Counted from the first letter of the stretch, positions 23,293-34,869 are shown. The stretch is DNA of 64,000 bases from Azolla caroliniana (GCA_043228905.1 JBHGNT010000007.1:1674001-1738000); one strand, 5' to 3'. Translations and numbers: made by a program. Notes: a model not told the origin generated them from the sequence alone.

Positions 23293-25774
23293 CGCTCCTC
23301 ACAACCGGGTTGTTGTTCGATGACTTTGTTGTCATCGTTTGATGAGCCCACTACTGTCGGTGCCTCTATTCCTCTGTTCTCCCGTCGACACCTCCTGTTC
23401 AGCCTCTTGTCCACGCCTATCTCTATTTTAATATTTCTGAGGATAGTGGTTTTCTGTTTTTCCTTTTTTCCTTTTTTCTTTTTTAAATATATAAATGTTG
23501 AGTTTTTTATTTGTTATATATATATATTGGGGGGGGGGGGGGGGGGGGGGGGCACTCGGCACTCTTCGAACTGGGTGCGCGCTTATTCTTCGAACTATGG
23601 GTTTCTGTAGCCCTAACGACTCTACGCGCGGCAGGACCTACAGAGAGGGGATCTCTGTGACCCACGTTTGTAGCCCGTGCTCCTGCTCTTGCTCCGTTCC
23701 CCGGTGGGCGTGATTCAGCTCCTGCACCTGCTCCTACTCCGTTCCCCGGTGGCCTCTACTCCGCTGCTCCTCCAATTAATCATGGCAAATCCTCAATTAT
23801 ACCACAAATATGTGAAGAATTATTTTAACAAATGGTGAATTTTATAAAGTGTCTTTGGCCTTTTAGGGCTACACATTAGTATAAAGACATTGTTCATATT
23901 TCCTTCTTCGTAATGCATATCTAGCACTATATGGGATGCCATTGTTTTTTTGTAACTTAAGAGCAAGCCCAAGCACGCAACATTCATCCAACCAAGTTTG
24001 CATTTGAATTGAAGTTTGAATAATCGTGTAAAGAATTAGCTGAAGCATATGAAATCTTTATCCATGTAAGGAAACAAAGGTTTATATGCTCTCAAATTGT
24101 ACATCTTCAATTCTAACATTTTGAAAGAATATTACAGTATTTTCCTTGACTAGAAGTTAGGCACTCCTTATCTTTAATGTGCGATAGCTTAAAGTTATCG
24201 CTTATAATAGATTTTTTTGTTAACATTTCAGAAAATGAAAGCTCACAAGTTGTGAGTGCCTGAAGCTTGTAAGGGAGATGTTTTTTAGCATTGGTTTGGT
24301 ATTCATTAACATTGATCATGTTTCCACAAGAAAATGAATACTCATGAGTCATAGTGTTGGTTGTGGTTGACCAAAGAAGTTGTTGGCATGAGATTCTACT
24401 CCCATCTAGCTATTTGGTATGTGTGTAGTAATCATGGAGTATTATTTTGTCGTGTAGGTCACAATGAATCATCAAGATTTTATTCAAGGGGGGATCATAG
24501 AACTATGTGAGAAGATGGCTTGGGGAAAGAGCATGGACTATATGAAATAGATGTCAAAGAGGATGAAGTGAAAACTGAAAACTTTTATTAATTGATTATA
24601 AAGGGACTAAAGTTGTGTGTTGGATGACATGTTAACTAATGGAGAGTTTTCTTATTTGGTAAAAATAAAAGAATGTAAGCTCGCTTAACTTACACCTCTC
24701 ATATATGTATAAGGAAGGATATTTGAATTCTGGAACATTGCTTGATGGGCTATTTCCTTTTCTCTTGCTTTATTACTGATTTCCTTCTCTTGGGAGATAA
24801 TGCTTACCTTTGTTCCATGCACATACATGGTCTCCTCAAAGCCTTTTCTATATATATCACTAGTCATTATCATGATTGCCTTCTAGAGAGTTTCTAGCAT
24901 ATTCATTAGGGCATATGTCCACTATTAGGTGTACATAGTTTTTTTTTTTTTGCCAAAATCAAACTGCATATTTCCTCTAAACTTTAAATATATAAATATT
25001 TGTTTTGTGCATTTGATGATTTGAGTCTTGTGAATTTGTCTTTTCCTATTATTATTATTATTATTATATAAATACTCCCCAAATTTGGCTATATAATCTC
25101 ACTTTTCACAATTCAATAATGGCATTGGCTTGGTTCATATTATACCATAAACAAATTATATTATGGCCTTGGTACATATTAGGGCTTATAGACATTTATG
25201 GGCATATAACTCTACATGGTTGCCATTGTTTCCTGGAACAAGGAGGACTATAGGCAATAACATGGTTTCCAATAGACTTGTCATGTGACAAGCTCCTCTA
25301 TTCACAAACATTAAGCAACTCAACATAATAAAATTAACCAATTCACATGTGTGCTAGATTATCGGTATCCATAATCCATTATTGGGAAAGTTGTGTTCTG
25401 TGCAATTTATATTTGGATTGTCTAAATTACATTAACATTTAAGATGGATTAATCATAGAGTTCTAGGGTGACTTGATTTGCTAATATTAGCTGAGAATCA
25501 ATCACACACAATACACCTTACCAAAAAATTGCTTTTTTTTACGATATGTTATTGCATGACATAAATTGTCAGGTTTCTAACACAAGAAATAACATTGAGA
25601 TAAATTGAATTGTGTGCATATGTACAATTACTATTAATAAACTTATTATACTCAAGTACCCTTGGGCCCTTAGGTGTCAATAGATATTTCCATAAGGGGT
25701 TTATTCTTGGTCATATTGATGAGCAAATTTATTAATCATTGTTCCACATCACATTCCATCTAACAATATAGGGA

Positions 25775-26064
25775 TTTATTTTTATTTTTTAAACTATCCT
25801 CCATTAGTATTAAAATTAAAGTGGCCAAAGGCAAGATACAAGATAATCCAACATTACAATGAATATTGTGTAGCCATGTTAACTGACCGCAACCAATCTT
25901 TCTAGATAAAGATAAATAAAAAAAAATTTAGCCAATCTTATTCATATTCGGCATCCAACAATAACGTTTCATCCAAACAACCCCTTTCTTTCAATCTCAG
26001 CATGCATCTCACGTCCCTTCAGAATCTCCTTGCATTTTTAGTGTCTTTGCACTTACAATACATG
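25775..26064 (-). mobile_element. Short (290 bp) retroposed LINE 3' end or SINE-like insertion
   Basis: 17-bp TSD ATCTAACAATATAGGGA at 25758-25774 and 26065-26081. T-rich tail on the left and the shared 3' motif CTCCATTAGTA (25799-25809). Confidence 0.7.
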
Positions 26065-26475
26065 ATCTAACAATATAGGGAATTAATTACAAAAAATAGA
26101 TTTGGTGTCATTATGGTCAAGACTCAAACTACATAACTCCAATTTGAGCACAATATAACCAAGTATTCTGCAACTAAAAAGGTCACAATTATTGACAAGG
26201 GTAAAAGTGTCAATATTCGAAATATCCTTAAGCCTAGCAATGGGCACGGTTTTGGCTCAAACCGAACTAAACCGTTAAGCCATGGCTTAACGGTTTATTG
26301 GTTCAAAGATAAATAAACCATTTGGTTTGGTTTCAAATATTATGATCCGATTTGGTTTCACGGTTTATCGGTTTCGGCTTATGTGGTTTGGTTTAAAGGT
26401 TTAAAAGTTTTGAAGGTTTTGTTGGGATTACGGTCCCTCCGGATGGGATGGTCAGATGTCCGGGAATCGGGAATG

Positions 26476-26612
26476 GAGACCCGGTTCCGGAGCCGGATGA
26501 TGAAGACCCGGTTCCGGATCCGGATGATGAAGACCCGGTTCCGGATCCGGATGATGAAGACCCCGGCTACGGAGCCGGATGATGAAGACCCCGGCTACGG
26601 AGCCGGATGACG
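26476..26612 (+). repeat. 27-28 bp tandem repeat (about 5 units) in copia LTR U3; also at about 31275-31411
   Basis: Unit CCGGATGATGAAGACCCGGTTCCGGAT, varying to CCGGATGATGAAGACCCCGGCTACGGAG. Confidence 0.85.
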
Positions 26613-27134
26613 AATGTACCCGGAGAGAGAGATCCGGATGCGGGGACATACTTATGATTATGTTTGCCAAGGGCCCTTGAGGCTATATTTGTAAATAGCC
26701 CGAAAGTCATATGTGTATAAATATGACTTAGGGCAAACAGTTTTGATGTTGTTGCTGTAAGTTGTTGCTTATGGTATATTGCCACTCTTATGTGTGTGCA
26801 AGAGAGTGAAGAGAGCAGCCGAGAGAGAGAGAGAGAGACGAAGAGGTCGTTGCCTCTGTGTATTACCGCCGCCTGTGGCGAAGACAGTGAGCTCAAGGTT
26901 GTTGCCTTGGAGCTTCACCATTGTACATCTCTGTTCATAGTGATAGTTGGAGTTTGAGGACTCCCGTGGTTTTTCCCATTTTAGGGTTTTCCACGTAAAA
27001 CATCCTGTGCACTCTTCTCTCTATTGCCTTCGTGCATTGTGTATTTCCTGTTTTCTGTGAGTTGATCCTATTCCGCGGTAATGGTCGAGCACTGTGTTCA
27101 ACAAACTGGTATCAGAGCGACGGTAACACAGAAA

Positions 27135-30100
27135 ATGGAAGGCGGCGGTAGTGGGCCTCCGGGCATGATGGTGTTGAACTCACAGAACTACGCCGACTGG
27201 AAGATAAAGATGGAAGACCTTCTCATCGTCCGAGACCTGTACGAACCGATCGACAATGCCAAGATACCCAAGGGGGTAATAGAGTCGGAGTGGAAGCTCC
27301 TGAACCGGAAAGCCGTAGCGACGATCCGGCAATATGTCGATGTAAGTGTCCTGCAACATGTGGCGAACGATACGAACGCCTATGAGATGTGGCAGAAGCT
27401 GTCCGGACTGTATGAGAGGAAGAATGCTCTGACCCGGACCTCCCTGATGAGGAAGATAGTGAATCTTAAGTACCGGGACGGTGAGAGCATGGTCGAACAC
27501 GTCAGCACGTTCATGGGATTCGTGAACCAGCTTGCGGCGATCAAGTTCCCGTTGGATGACGCAATGCAAGCCATCATGCTGATGTGTACCCTTCCGGAGA
27601 GCTGGGAGAACTTGGTAGTTACTCTCAGCACCTCCTGTAAGGAAGAGAACTTGTCTTTACTAACGGTAAAGACAAGTATTCTAAATGAAGAAGCGCGTCG
27701 GAAAGATAAAGAACCAGCCTCCGACTCGAAGGCGCTGCTTACCGAATCGGAACGGGGAAGACAACGGAACCGGAGTCCGCAAAGACGGGAGAAGTCGGGG
27801 ACACGGTCGCAGTCGAGGGGAAGACCTACATGCTTCTACTGTGGGAAGCCGGGGCACTTCCAGAAGAACTGTCGGCATTTCCGGAAAGACAACGGAACCG
27901 ACGGTACCGATTCGAAGAAGTCACCGGAGCGAAACGGTGCATACCGGGGAGCCACGGACCGCAGAGGTCCGGATCGGCGAGGGCAGGACCGGAAAGGAAC
28001 GACGGCACTCGCGGCAAGTGAAGAAGAGATAATGCTCATTACCGAAGAGAGGGAGCTGAACCTTGCCGGTGAAGAGATGACCTGGGTGGTCGATTCCGGA
28101 GCGTCGTTCCACCTGACCCCGGAGAAGAAATACTTCTCATCCTATACAGCCGGTGAGCACGGCTGTGTCCGGATGGGAAATGAAGGTACATGCCGGATTG
28201 CCGGCATAGGAGACGTGTGGCTGATGACATCAACCGGATGCAAAATGTTGCTGAAGGATGTCCGACACGTTCCGGAGGTTCGATTGAACCTGATTTCGGC
28301 CGGGAGGCTAGACGATGAAGGCTACACCGGTAGCATCCGGAACGGCGTAATGAAATTCAGCAAGGGGAGTCTGATAGTGGCTCGGGCCCGGAAAGTCAAC
28401 ACACTGTACCTTATGAATGCCTGGTTGTGTCCGGAGGAGTTGAACGTGGCAGCCGACACTGCCGGTGAGCTGTGGCACAAGAGACTGTGCCACATGAGTG
28501 AGAAGGGGATGAAGAGGCTTGCAGAAGACAACCTTATTCCAGTGAAGCATGTGCACCTGGAGAAGTGCACCGATTGCCTGGCCGGTAAGCAGAACCGAAC
28601 CTCCTTCCACTCAAGGCCATCGACGAGACGTAGCGCACCATTGGAGTTGGTGCACACTGACGTGTGTCAAGTAGAAACGAAGTCACATGGCGGAGCCCAG
28701 TACTTCGTGACATTCATTGATGACCACAGCCGAAAGCTGTGGACGGCACCGTTGAAGACAAAGGACCAAGTATTGTCCGTCGTCAGAGAACTCCACGCGA
28801 GAGTGGAAAGAGAATTCGGCAAGAAGCTGAAAGCACTACGAGCGGATAACGGAGGAGAATACCGAGGGCAATTTGAGGAGTATTGCCGTTCGATGGGAAT
28901 CTGGCTCGAGTTTACTGTGCCGAAGACGCCGGAACTGAACGGGCTGGCCGAGAGGATGAACCGGACCATAATGGAGAGGGTCCGGAGTATGCTGGCGCAT
29001 GCGAAATTACCCAAAGGGTTTTGGGCTGAGGCAATGTCGACGGCGACATACGTGATAAACAGATCACCCTCAGTACCTTTGGACGGAGACACGCCGCAGA
29101 GAGTGTGGACCGGTAGGGAAGTATCCTACCGGCATCTGAAGGTGTTCGGGTGTCTCGCATATGTGCATGTGGCAAAGGACCGGAGAGGAAAGCTAGATCC
29201 AAAGACCCGGCCATGCATATTCCTCGGTTACGACGACGACGAGTTCGGCTACCGAGTATGGGACCCAGTCGACAAGAAGATTTTCAGGAGTCGAGATATC
29301 ATCTTCATGGAGGACAAGACACTCGCCGACTGGGAGTCGGAGAAGAAGATGAAGAGCTCCAAGTCGACCGGTGAGAATCAACTGTACGAAGAGCAGTCCC
29401 GACCGGCAAGGGACCGGTTAACACTCGAGGATCCGGCCGAAGACGGTGAAGAAATAGAACCGGCCGAGGAAGATGAAACTGATACCGGAACCGGCCCCGA
29501 TCCCGAAATGGATTCGGATGAAGAGGAAACGGAGGAGCCGGCTACCGAAACTCCGGAACGGAGATATCCTCTAAGAGAGAGAAGGGCCCCCCGGAGATTT
29601 CCGGAACCAGAGCACGTGCTGCTAACCGACGAGGGGGAGCCGGAGAGTTTTGAAGAAGCAAAGCTTGACACCCATAGCCGCAGGTGGTTAAGTGCCATGC
29701 AGGAGGAGATGGACTCCCTGCATGAGAACCACACATATGAACTTGTGGAGTTGCCGAAAGGAAAGCGGGCACTTCGAAACAAGTGGGTGTTCAAGCTGAA
29801 ACCGGGAGATGCCGGAAAAACCCCGAGATACAAAGCCAGGATCGTGGTGAAGGGGTTCCAGCAGAAGAAGGGCGTCGACTTTGACGAGATATTTGCCCCG
29901 GTAGTGAAGATGACCTCCATCCGGACGGTGCTGAGCATAGCGGCAAGCATGGACCTCGAGGTAGAACAAATGGACGTGAAGACGGCATTCCTTCACGGTG
30001 ACCTCGAAGAAGAGATCTACATGCAGCAACCGGAAGGATTTGAGAAGAAAGGGAAGGAGCACCTGGTATGCCGGTTGAAGAAGAGCCTTTACGGACTGAA

Positions 30101-31208
30101 GCAGGCTCCCCGGCAATGGTACCGGAAGTTCGACTCTTTCATGACCGACGAAGGGTACCACAAAACGCAGTCCGATCACTGCGTGTTTGTGAAGAAGTTA
30201 GAAGGAGGAGACTTTCTAATACTCCTCCTGTACGTGGACGACATGTTGATCGTCGGACGGAACCAGGTCAAGATACGGATGCTGAAGAAGGCTCTTCACC
30301 GAACCTTCTCAATGAAGGACTTGGGTCCGGCGAGGCAAATATTAGGGATGCACATCATCCGGGACCGGAGGAAGAAGCAGTTGTGGCTGTCACAGGAGAA
30401 GTATGTGACAAAGGTGCTTCAACGGTTCAACATGTCGGAAGCAAGACCGGTCGGATCAACCCTCCCGGCAAACTGCAAGTTGTCCAGCAAGCAAAGCCCC
30501 AAGACAAAGGCTGAGAAGGAGAACATGATGAAAGTACCATATGCCTCAGCCGTCGGAAGCTTGATGTACGCAATGGTGTGTACAAGACCGGACATAGGAT
30601 ATGCAGTCGGAGTGGTGAGCCGGTATATGAGTAATCCCGGCAAGGAGCACTGGAACGCGGTCAAATGGATACTCCGATACTTAAAGGGCACTTCGAACAT
30701 GTGCCTCCGATTCGGCTCCGGTAAGCCCGAACTCGATGGATTTACCGATTCGGACATGTCGGCTGACGCGGATACCAGCCGGTCTACATCTGGGTATGTA
30801 ATGACATATGCAGGGGGAGCCGTTTCGTGGCAGTCGAGGCTGCAGAAGACGGTTGCTTTGTCAACCACGGAGGCGGAGTACATGGCGGCTGTTGAAGCCG
30901 GCAAGGAAATGATATGGATGAAGGACTTCATTAGAGAGCTCGGTATCCGGCAGGAGGAGTACCGACTCTACTGCGACAGTCAGAGTGCCATCCACCTTGC
31001 GAAGAACGCGGCCTATCACTCCCGGACGAAGCACATCCAGCGAAGATATCACTGGATCCGGGAAAGGATAGAAGACCAGGAGTTCGTGCTGACGAAGATC
31101 CACACGGACGAGAACGGGTCAGACATGCTGACCAAAGTGCTCACACCCGACAAGCTGGAAGCGTGCCGGAAGAGGGTCGGACTGGAAAGACATCCCATGC
31201 CGAAGTGA
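27135..31208 (+). CDS. Copia Gag-Pol polyprotein (Gag, protease, integrase, RT, RNase H), about 1357 aa
   Basis: CFYCGKPGHFQKNC, WVVDSGAS, LWHKRLCH, RADNGGE, NGLAER, YKARIV, LLYVDD, TEAEY, RTKHI. The start is placed at the first ATG after the PBS; the track's start at 27081 is inside the LTR. Confidence 0.95.
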   Translation: MEGGGSGPPGMMVLNSQNYADWKIKMEDLLIVRDLYEPIDNAKIPKGVIESEWKLLNRKAVATIRQYVDVSVLQHVANDTNAYEMWQKLSGLYERKNALTRTSLMRKIVNLKYRDGESMVEHVSTFMGFVNQLAAIKFPLDDAMQAIMLMCTLPESWENLVVTLSTSCKEENLSLLTVKTSILNEEARRKDKEPASDSKALLTESERGRQRNRSPQRREKSGTRSQSRGRPTCFYCGKPGHFQKNCRHFRKDNGTDGTDSKKSPERNGAYRGATDRRGPDRRGQDRKGTTALAASEEEIMLITEERELNLAGEEMTWVVDSGASFHLTPEKKYFSSYTAGEHGCVRMGNEGTCRIAGIGDVWLMTSTGCKMLLKDVRHVPEVRLNLISAGRLDDEGYTGSIRNGVMKFSKGSLIVARARKVNTLYLMNAWLCPEELNVAADTAGELWHKRLCHMSEKGMKRLAEDNLIPVKHVHLEKCTDCLAGKQNRTSFHSRPSTRRSAPLELVHTDVCQVETKSHGGAQYFVTFIDDHSRKLWTAPLKTKDQVLSVVRELHARVEREFGKKLKALRADNGGEYRGQFEEYCRSMGIWLEFTVPKTPELNGLAERMNRTIMERVRSMLAHAKLPKGFWAEAMSTATYVINRSPSVPLDGDTPQRVWTGREVSYRHLKVFGCLAYVHVAKDRRGKLDPKTRPCIFLGYDDDEFGYRVWDPVDKKIFRSRDIIFMEDKTLADWESEKKMKSSKSTGENQLYEEQSRPARDRLTLEDPAEDGEEIEPAEEDETDTGTGPDPEMDSDEEETEEPATETPERRYPLRERRAPRRFPEPEHVLLTDEGEPESFEEAKLDTHSRRWLSAMQEEMDSLHENHTYELVELPKGKRALRNKWVFKLKPGDAGKTPRYKARIVVKGFQQKKGVDFDEIFAPVVKMTSIRTVLSIAASMDLEVEQMDVKTAFLHGDLEEEIYMQQPEGFEKKGKEHLVCRLKKSLYGLKQAPRQWYRKFDSFMTDEGYHKTQSDHCVFVKKLEGGDFLILLLYVDDMLIVGRNQVKIRMLKKALHRTFSMKDLGPARQILGMHIIRDRRKKQLWLSQEKYVTKVLQRFNMSEARPVGSTLPANCKLSSKQSPKTKAEKENMMKVPYASAVGSLMYAMVCTRPDIGYAVGVVSRYMSNPGKEHWNAVKWILRYLKGTSNMCLRFGSGKPELDGFTDSDMSADADTSRSTSGYVMTYAGGAVSWQSRLQKTVALSTTEAEYMAAVEAGKEMIWMKDFIRELGIRQEEYRLYCDSQSAIHLAKNAAYHSRTKHIQRRYHWIRERIEDQEFVLTKIHTDENGSDMLTKVLTPDKLEACRKRVGLERHPMPK

Positions 31209-32235
31209 AGGGGGAGTTTGTTGGGATTACGGTCCCTCCGGATGGGATGGTCAGATGTCCGGGAATCGGGAATGGAGACCCGGTTCCGGAGCCGGATGAT
31301 GAAGACCCGGTTCCGGATCCGGATGATGAAGACCCGGTTCCGGATCCGGATGATGAAGACCCCGGCTACGGAGCCGGATGATGAAGACCCCGGCTACGGA
31401 GCCGGATGACGAATGTACCCGGAGAGAGAGATCCGGACATACTTATGATTATGTTTGCCAAGGGCCCTTGAGGCTATATTTGTAAATAGCCCGAAAGTCA
31501 TATGTGTATAAATATGACTTAGGGCAAACAGTTTTGATGTTGTTGCTGTAAGTTGTTGCTTATGGTGTATTGCCACTCTTATGTGTGTGCAAGAGAGTGA
31601 AGAGAGCAGCCGAGAGAGAGAGAGAGAGACGAAGAGGTCGTTGCCTCTGTGTATTACCGCCGCCTGTGGCGAAGACAGTGAGCTCAAGGTTGTTGCCTTG
31701 GAGCTTCACCATTGTACATCTCTGTTCATAGTGATAGTTGGAGTTTGAGGACTCCCGTGGTTTTTCCCATTTTAGGGTTTTCCACGTAAAACATCCTGTG
31801 CACTCTTCTCTCTATTGCCTTCGTGCATTGTGTATTTCCTGTTTTCTGTGAGTTGATCCTATTCCGCGGTAGTGGTCGAGCACTGTGTTCAACAGGTTTA
31901 AAGGTTTATAGGTTTATCGGTTTATCGGTTTAAAGGTTTGGTTTGGTTTTGATTTATGATAAACTGATTTGATTTGGTTCTAAAAATTTTATAAACGGTT
32001 TGGCTTACACGGTTCGGCTCTAAACAGTTCGGTTTAAATGGTTTCATAAAAGTTAAACAGATTGGTTTGGCTTTTAATATAAATAAATGGTTTGGTTTGG
32101 TTTGGTTTCAAGGCCAAGAAACCGAACCGAACCGCGCCCATTGCTACAAGTTAAGCCATATCTCATGAATAATAGTGAAGCTAGGAGCATATATTGTCAT
32201 TATGAGAATCTAGGAATCTATACCTCCATTCATAA

Positions 32236-32473
32236 TAGCAATGGGTCCGGTTTCGGGTCAAACCGAACTGAACCGTAAAACTGTGGCTTATTGGTTTATT
32301 GGTTCAAAGATAAATAAACAATTTGGTTTGGTTTCAAATGTTATGGTTCGGTTCGATTTTGAATTTCATGGATAGCGGTTTATCGGTTTATCGGGTTCGG
32401 TTTGGTTTTAAATTTCATGGTTTAACGGTTTTAGTTTCTGTGGTTCGGTTTAAAGGTTTATAAGTTTATAGAT
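32236..32473. mobile_element. Second, one-ended copy of the hAT-type MITE
   Basis: Starts TAGCAATGGG and aligns with 26235-26410. It stops at the MULE element and no right TIR is seen. Confidence 0.7.
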
Positions 32474-33469
32474 TAAAAATAGGAAAGCGTTATTTGCCGC
32501 CCCCCCTAAATTTATAGAACCTAATATAACCAAATTCGATGGCTTTGTCACAAATTCAAATGATTGTAGTGCCCAAACATACATGGTTCCGTCTCGTTGC
32601 ATATGAACGCAAATCCAGCATTGAACGTGCTATTTGTGGACGTAATTCCAACGATGTTGAGCAACAGCATGCCAAATCTATTCGTTTTGTAGGTGCAGTC
32701 CATGACAAATACACATTGAACCGTCTGGCAAGATCTGCCGACTTCTGATGACAAAAGAAAAGGCCACTGATTGAGTCGTTCGGTTCACCTTGACACTGAA
32801 GCTAAAGTCGCAAGTGGAGATCTCATCGTACAAATGCTTGAATTGGCGAGCGCCCGTCAAGAAACTCACGTCTTGCAACCACTTTTTTGTTGTAGATTTC
32901 TTTCCTGGTGGTCCATTGATTTCTGGTTTTTTCTCTCAAGTAGGCCAAAGTCGAAGCCGCACCAGTTCTAGCATTTGCCATGTCTCGAACAATGGCTTTT
33001 TCTGTTTCAGTTAGTCTACGAGCCGTTGATATACACTGAGATTGTCAGAAATAGGATGGTTGCGCGCAATAGCTGCCTGTTTAATAGTCCACTATGTCGT
33101 TTTCTTCGAGAATTTGCTCTAACGAAGAATGGGCAGTCATTAGACGAGTCCCCATTTGTCTTTTGCGAGTATCGCCAGTCAAGCCTAGAGCATTGCGATA
33201 TTCCTCCATAGTAGCACTTGAAAGTGACTTTTCGGTTGTCGCTATGCTTATCCAATACAACGATGATATTGTGAGCACGGAAATGGTCTTGATAAAACTA
33301 ATCAGAGACGCTTGGTGAAGGTTTTATCGATAATTGAAGTTGAAGATGCTTGTTGAGACGTGTTCTAAACGAGGTGAGACTATCAGAATTATATAAGGGG
33401 GGGGGGGGGGGGATATAGCAAAATGGGGGGGGGGGGGGGGGGGGGGCAAATAGTGCTTTCCTATTTTTA
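32474..33469 (-). mobile_element. Mutator-like (MULE) deletion derivative
   Basis: About 30-bp TIRs TAAAAATAGGAAAGCGTTATTTGCC..C(n) / G(n)GCAAATAGTGCTTTCCTATTTTTA. Internal MULE motif VMDCTYKTNRFGMLLLNIVGITSTNSTFNAGFAFI..E. No TSD found. Confidence 0.75.
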
Positions 33470-33759
33470 TCACATGATATAACAATTGACAAAAGTCATT
33501 GGTACATAAATTGGCATTTGAGTTCAAAAACATTATTCATGCTCAAAGATCAATAAATAAGGTTTGATGGCTCCTCCTTGTCTTCGATTGTTGGCACTTC
33601 TTGCGCCAGGCAGTCGGCTCCTCCACTAGAGGGACATATTCCCAACAGGTCTTGCATACCCTATTGATTTGCATGCCTATTGTACCTTGATTGGAGATTA
33701 ACTATTTGTGGGGAATCATTCTTGGCCACAACCGAGATCCAAATGCACAATGGAAGAAA

Positions 33760-33980
33760 CAAGTCAGAAAATAGAGATTAATACACTTACATAGGAATGA
33801 GACAACACATTATGTTAACGTGGAAAACCTCAAGAGGCAAAACCACGGGAGTTCACAGACTCCGAACTGGATCACTATAGAAGAGAGGTAAGGTACAACG
33901 TATACACAAAGGCAACTACCTTCTGCTCCAACTTCTTTGCCAACGGGCGGTTACAACAAATACCTCTCTCTCTCTCTTCA
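33760..33980 (-). repeat. Fragment of a copia LTR (U5) related to the 26420-27103 and 46095-46752 LTRs
   Basis: ACGTGGAAAACC..AACCACGGGAG..CACAGACTCC.AACT..ATCACT matches 46226-46285 and the reverse complement of 26940-26996. Confidence 0.55.
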
Positions 33981-34289
33981 CCTCGACCTACCATGGGGAC
34001 ACACTTTTCACGACCTCTAGGGTCACGAAGGTCATAAAAAAATTACAACATAGATAGAAATCCATGGACCACACAGGATTGCGAGCCGAGCACATCATAT
34101 ATGCTCGAGAGTGCCTAGCCCCTTCTCATTCACTCAAACTGACAACCTCTGCCGCTGATACCACTGCTTTTTTCCACCACAATGGACCATGAACACAGTG
34201 GCCCCTATACATAAAGGAGGGGACCCAATGGACCCAAATACATATAGGACCATTATGATAGGTCATACGATCGCTAAACTATATGGTGC

Positions 34290-34869
34290 GGTAATGGAAG
34301 TGGAGCTCAGCAATTATATGGAAACATTAAGTCTTCGACCACCTGAGTAGGTTGGCTTTAGACGAGCCTTCTCCACTATTGACCATATCTTCACACTTAG
34401 GTGCTTAATTGATCAGACGAAGGCTCGTAAGAAGAAGCTTTGTGGACTTCCGCAAAGCCTTTGACATAGTTCCTAGGGAGAAGTCGTTTGATAGACTTAA
34501 GAGCTTGGAGATACCAAATGACATTATCTAGCCATTTATGCCCTATATGAGCAAGTCTCTAGGTGCATAAGATGCCCAGGTGGCCTATCCGATTGTTTCA
34601 CTAGCACAATTGTTGTAAAACAGGGTTGCCCCCTATCACCAACTCTTTCTGGAATCTACATTGATGAGATCACTAATTTTATTGCTTGTCAGGGAGCCAA
34701 GGGAGTAGCTATTGGGGATACACAAGTTAGTCTCTTAATCTATGTAGACAACATTGTCTTGATCTCGAAGTCGGAACACGACCTACAAAAGTATCTTAAT
34801 GCCCTAGATTACTTTTGTACACAACCAGGATTGGTAGTGAATCTAGCGAAAACTAAAGTCCTTATCTTT
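34290..34869 (+). pseudogene. RT fragment of a non-L1 (RTE/L2-like) LINE, cut by an LTR element
   Basis: GFRRAFSTIDHIFTLR, VDFRKAFDIVPR, VKQGCPLSPTL, IYVDNIVL, LVVNLAKTKVLIF. Confidence 0.75.

Larger units (their letters stand above)
7869..23785 (-). mobile_element. Full-length L1-type LINE (about 6.9 kb net), interrupted by nested gypsy elements
   Basis: 15-bp TSD CAAATCCTCAATTAT at 7854-7868 and 23786-23800. A-rich tail (T-rich on +) at about 7869-7888. ORF1 and ORF2 are in the correct order on the minus strand. Confidence 0.9.
26420..31894 (+). mobile_element. Intact young Ty1/copia retrotransposon (Tnt1/Tork-like)
   Basis: LTRs 26420-27103 and 31219-31894 (two substitutions and one 8-bp indel seen). 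TSD GGTTT, PBS TGGTATCAGAGC (tRNA-iMet, 27107-27118), PPT GAAGGGGGAG (31207-31216), single open ORF. Confidence 0.95.
26235..32146. mobile_element. hAT-type MITE (about 430 bp net) interrupted by a copia element
   Basis: TIRs TAGCAATGGGCACGGTT / AACCGCGCCCATTGCTA (16/17). Dense AAACCG/CGGTTT subterminal repeats. Imperfect 8-bp TSD CTTAAGCC vs C[AAG]TTAAGCC. Confidence 0.7.

Noticed and set aside
24247-24671. Possible TSD for a plus-strand LINE 3' fragment
   Set aside because: Only an 11/13 match (AATGAAAGCTCAC vs AATGTAAGCTCGC), so boundaries were not called as a feature.
26053-26140. Match TTACAATACATGATCTAA to the chromovirus LTR and a nearby B-box-like sequence
   Set aside because: The match straddles a LINE TSD boundary, and no A-box lies at the expected spacing.
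26476-26612. CRISPR-like appearance of the short repeats
   Set aside because: These are contiguous tandem units without unique spacers, inside an LTR in eukaryotic DNA, with no cas genes.
27081-27134. ORF-track N-terminus MVEHCVQQ of the copia polyprotein
   Set aside because: It starts inside the LTR, crosses the PBS, and the ATG is GTG in the other LTR.
12420-31899. Same TSD GGTTT for the chromovirus and the copia
   Set aside because: The integrases are unrelated, there are only two cases, and the copia landed in a MITE full of GGTTT, so chance is sufficient.
33590-34165. Possible TRIM made of an LTR start near 33647, a U5 fragment and GCTGATACCA near 34154
   Set aside because: The order of parts is inconsistent with one element, and no paired LTRs or TSD were found.
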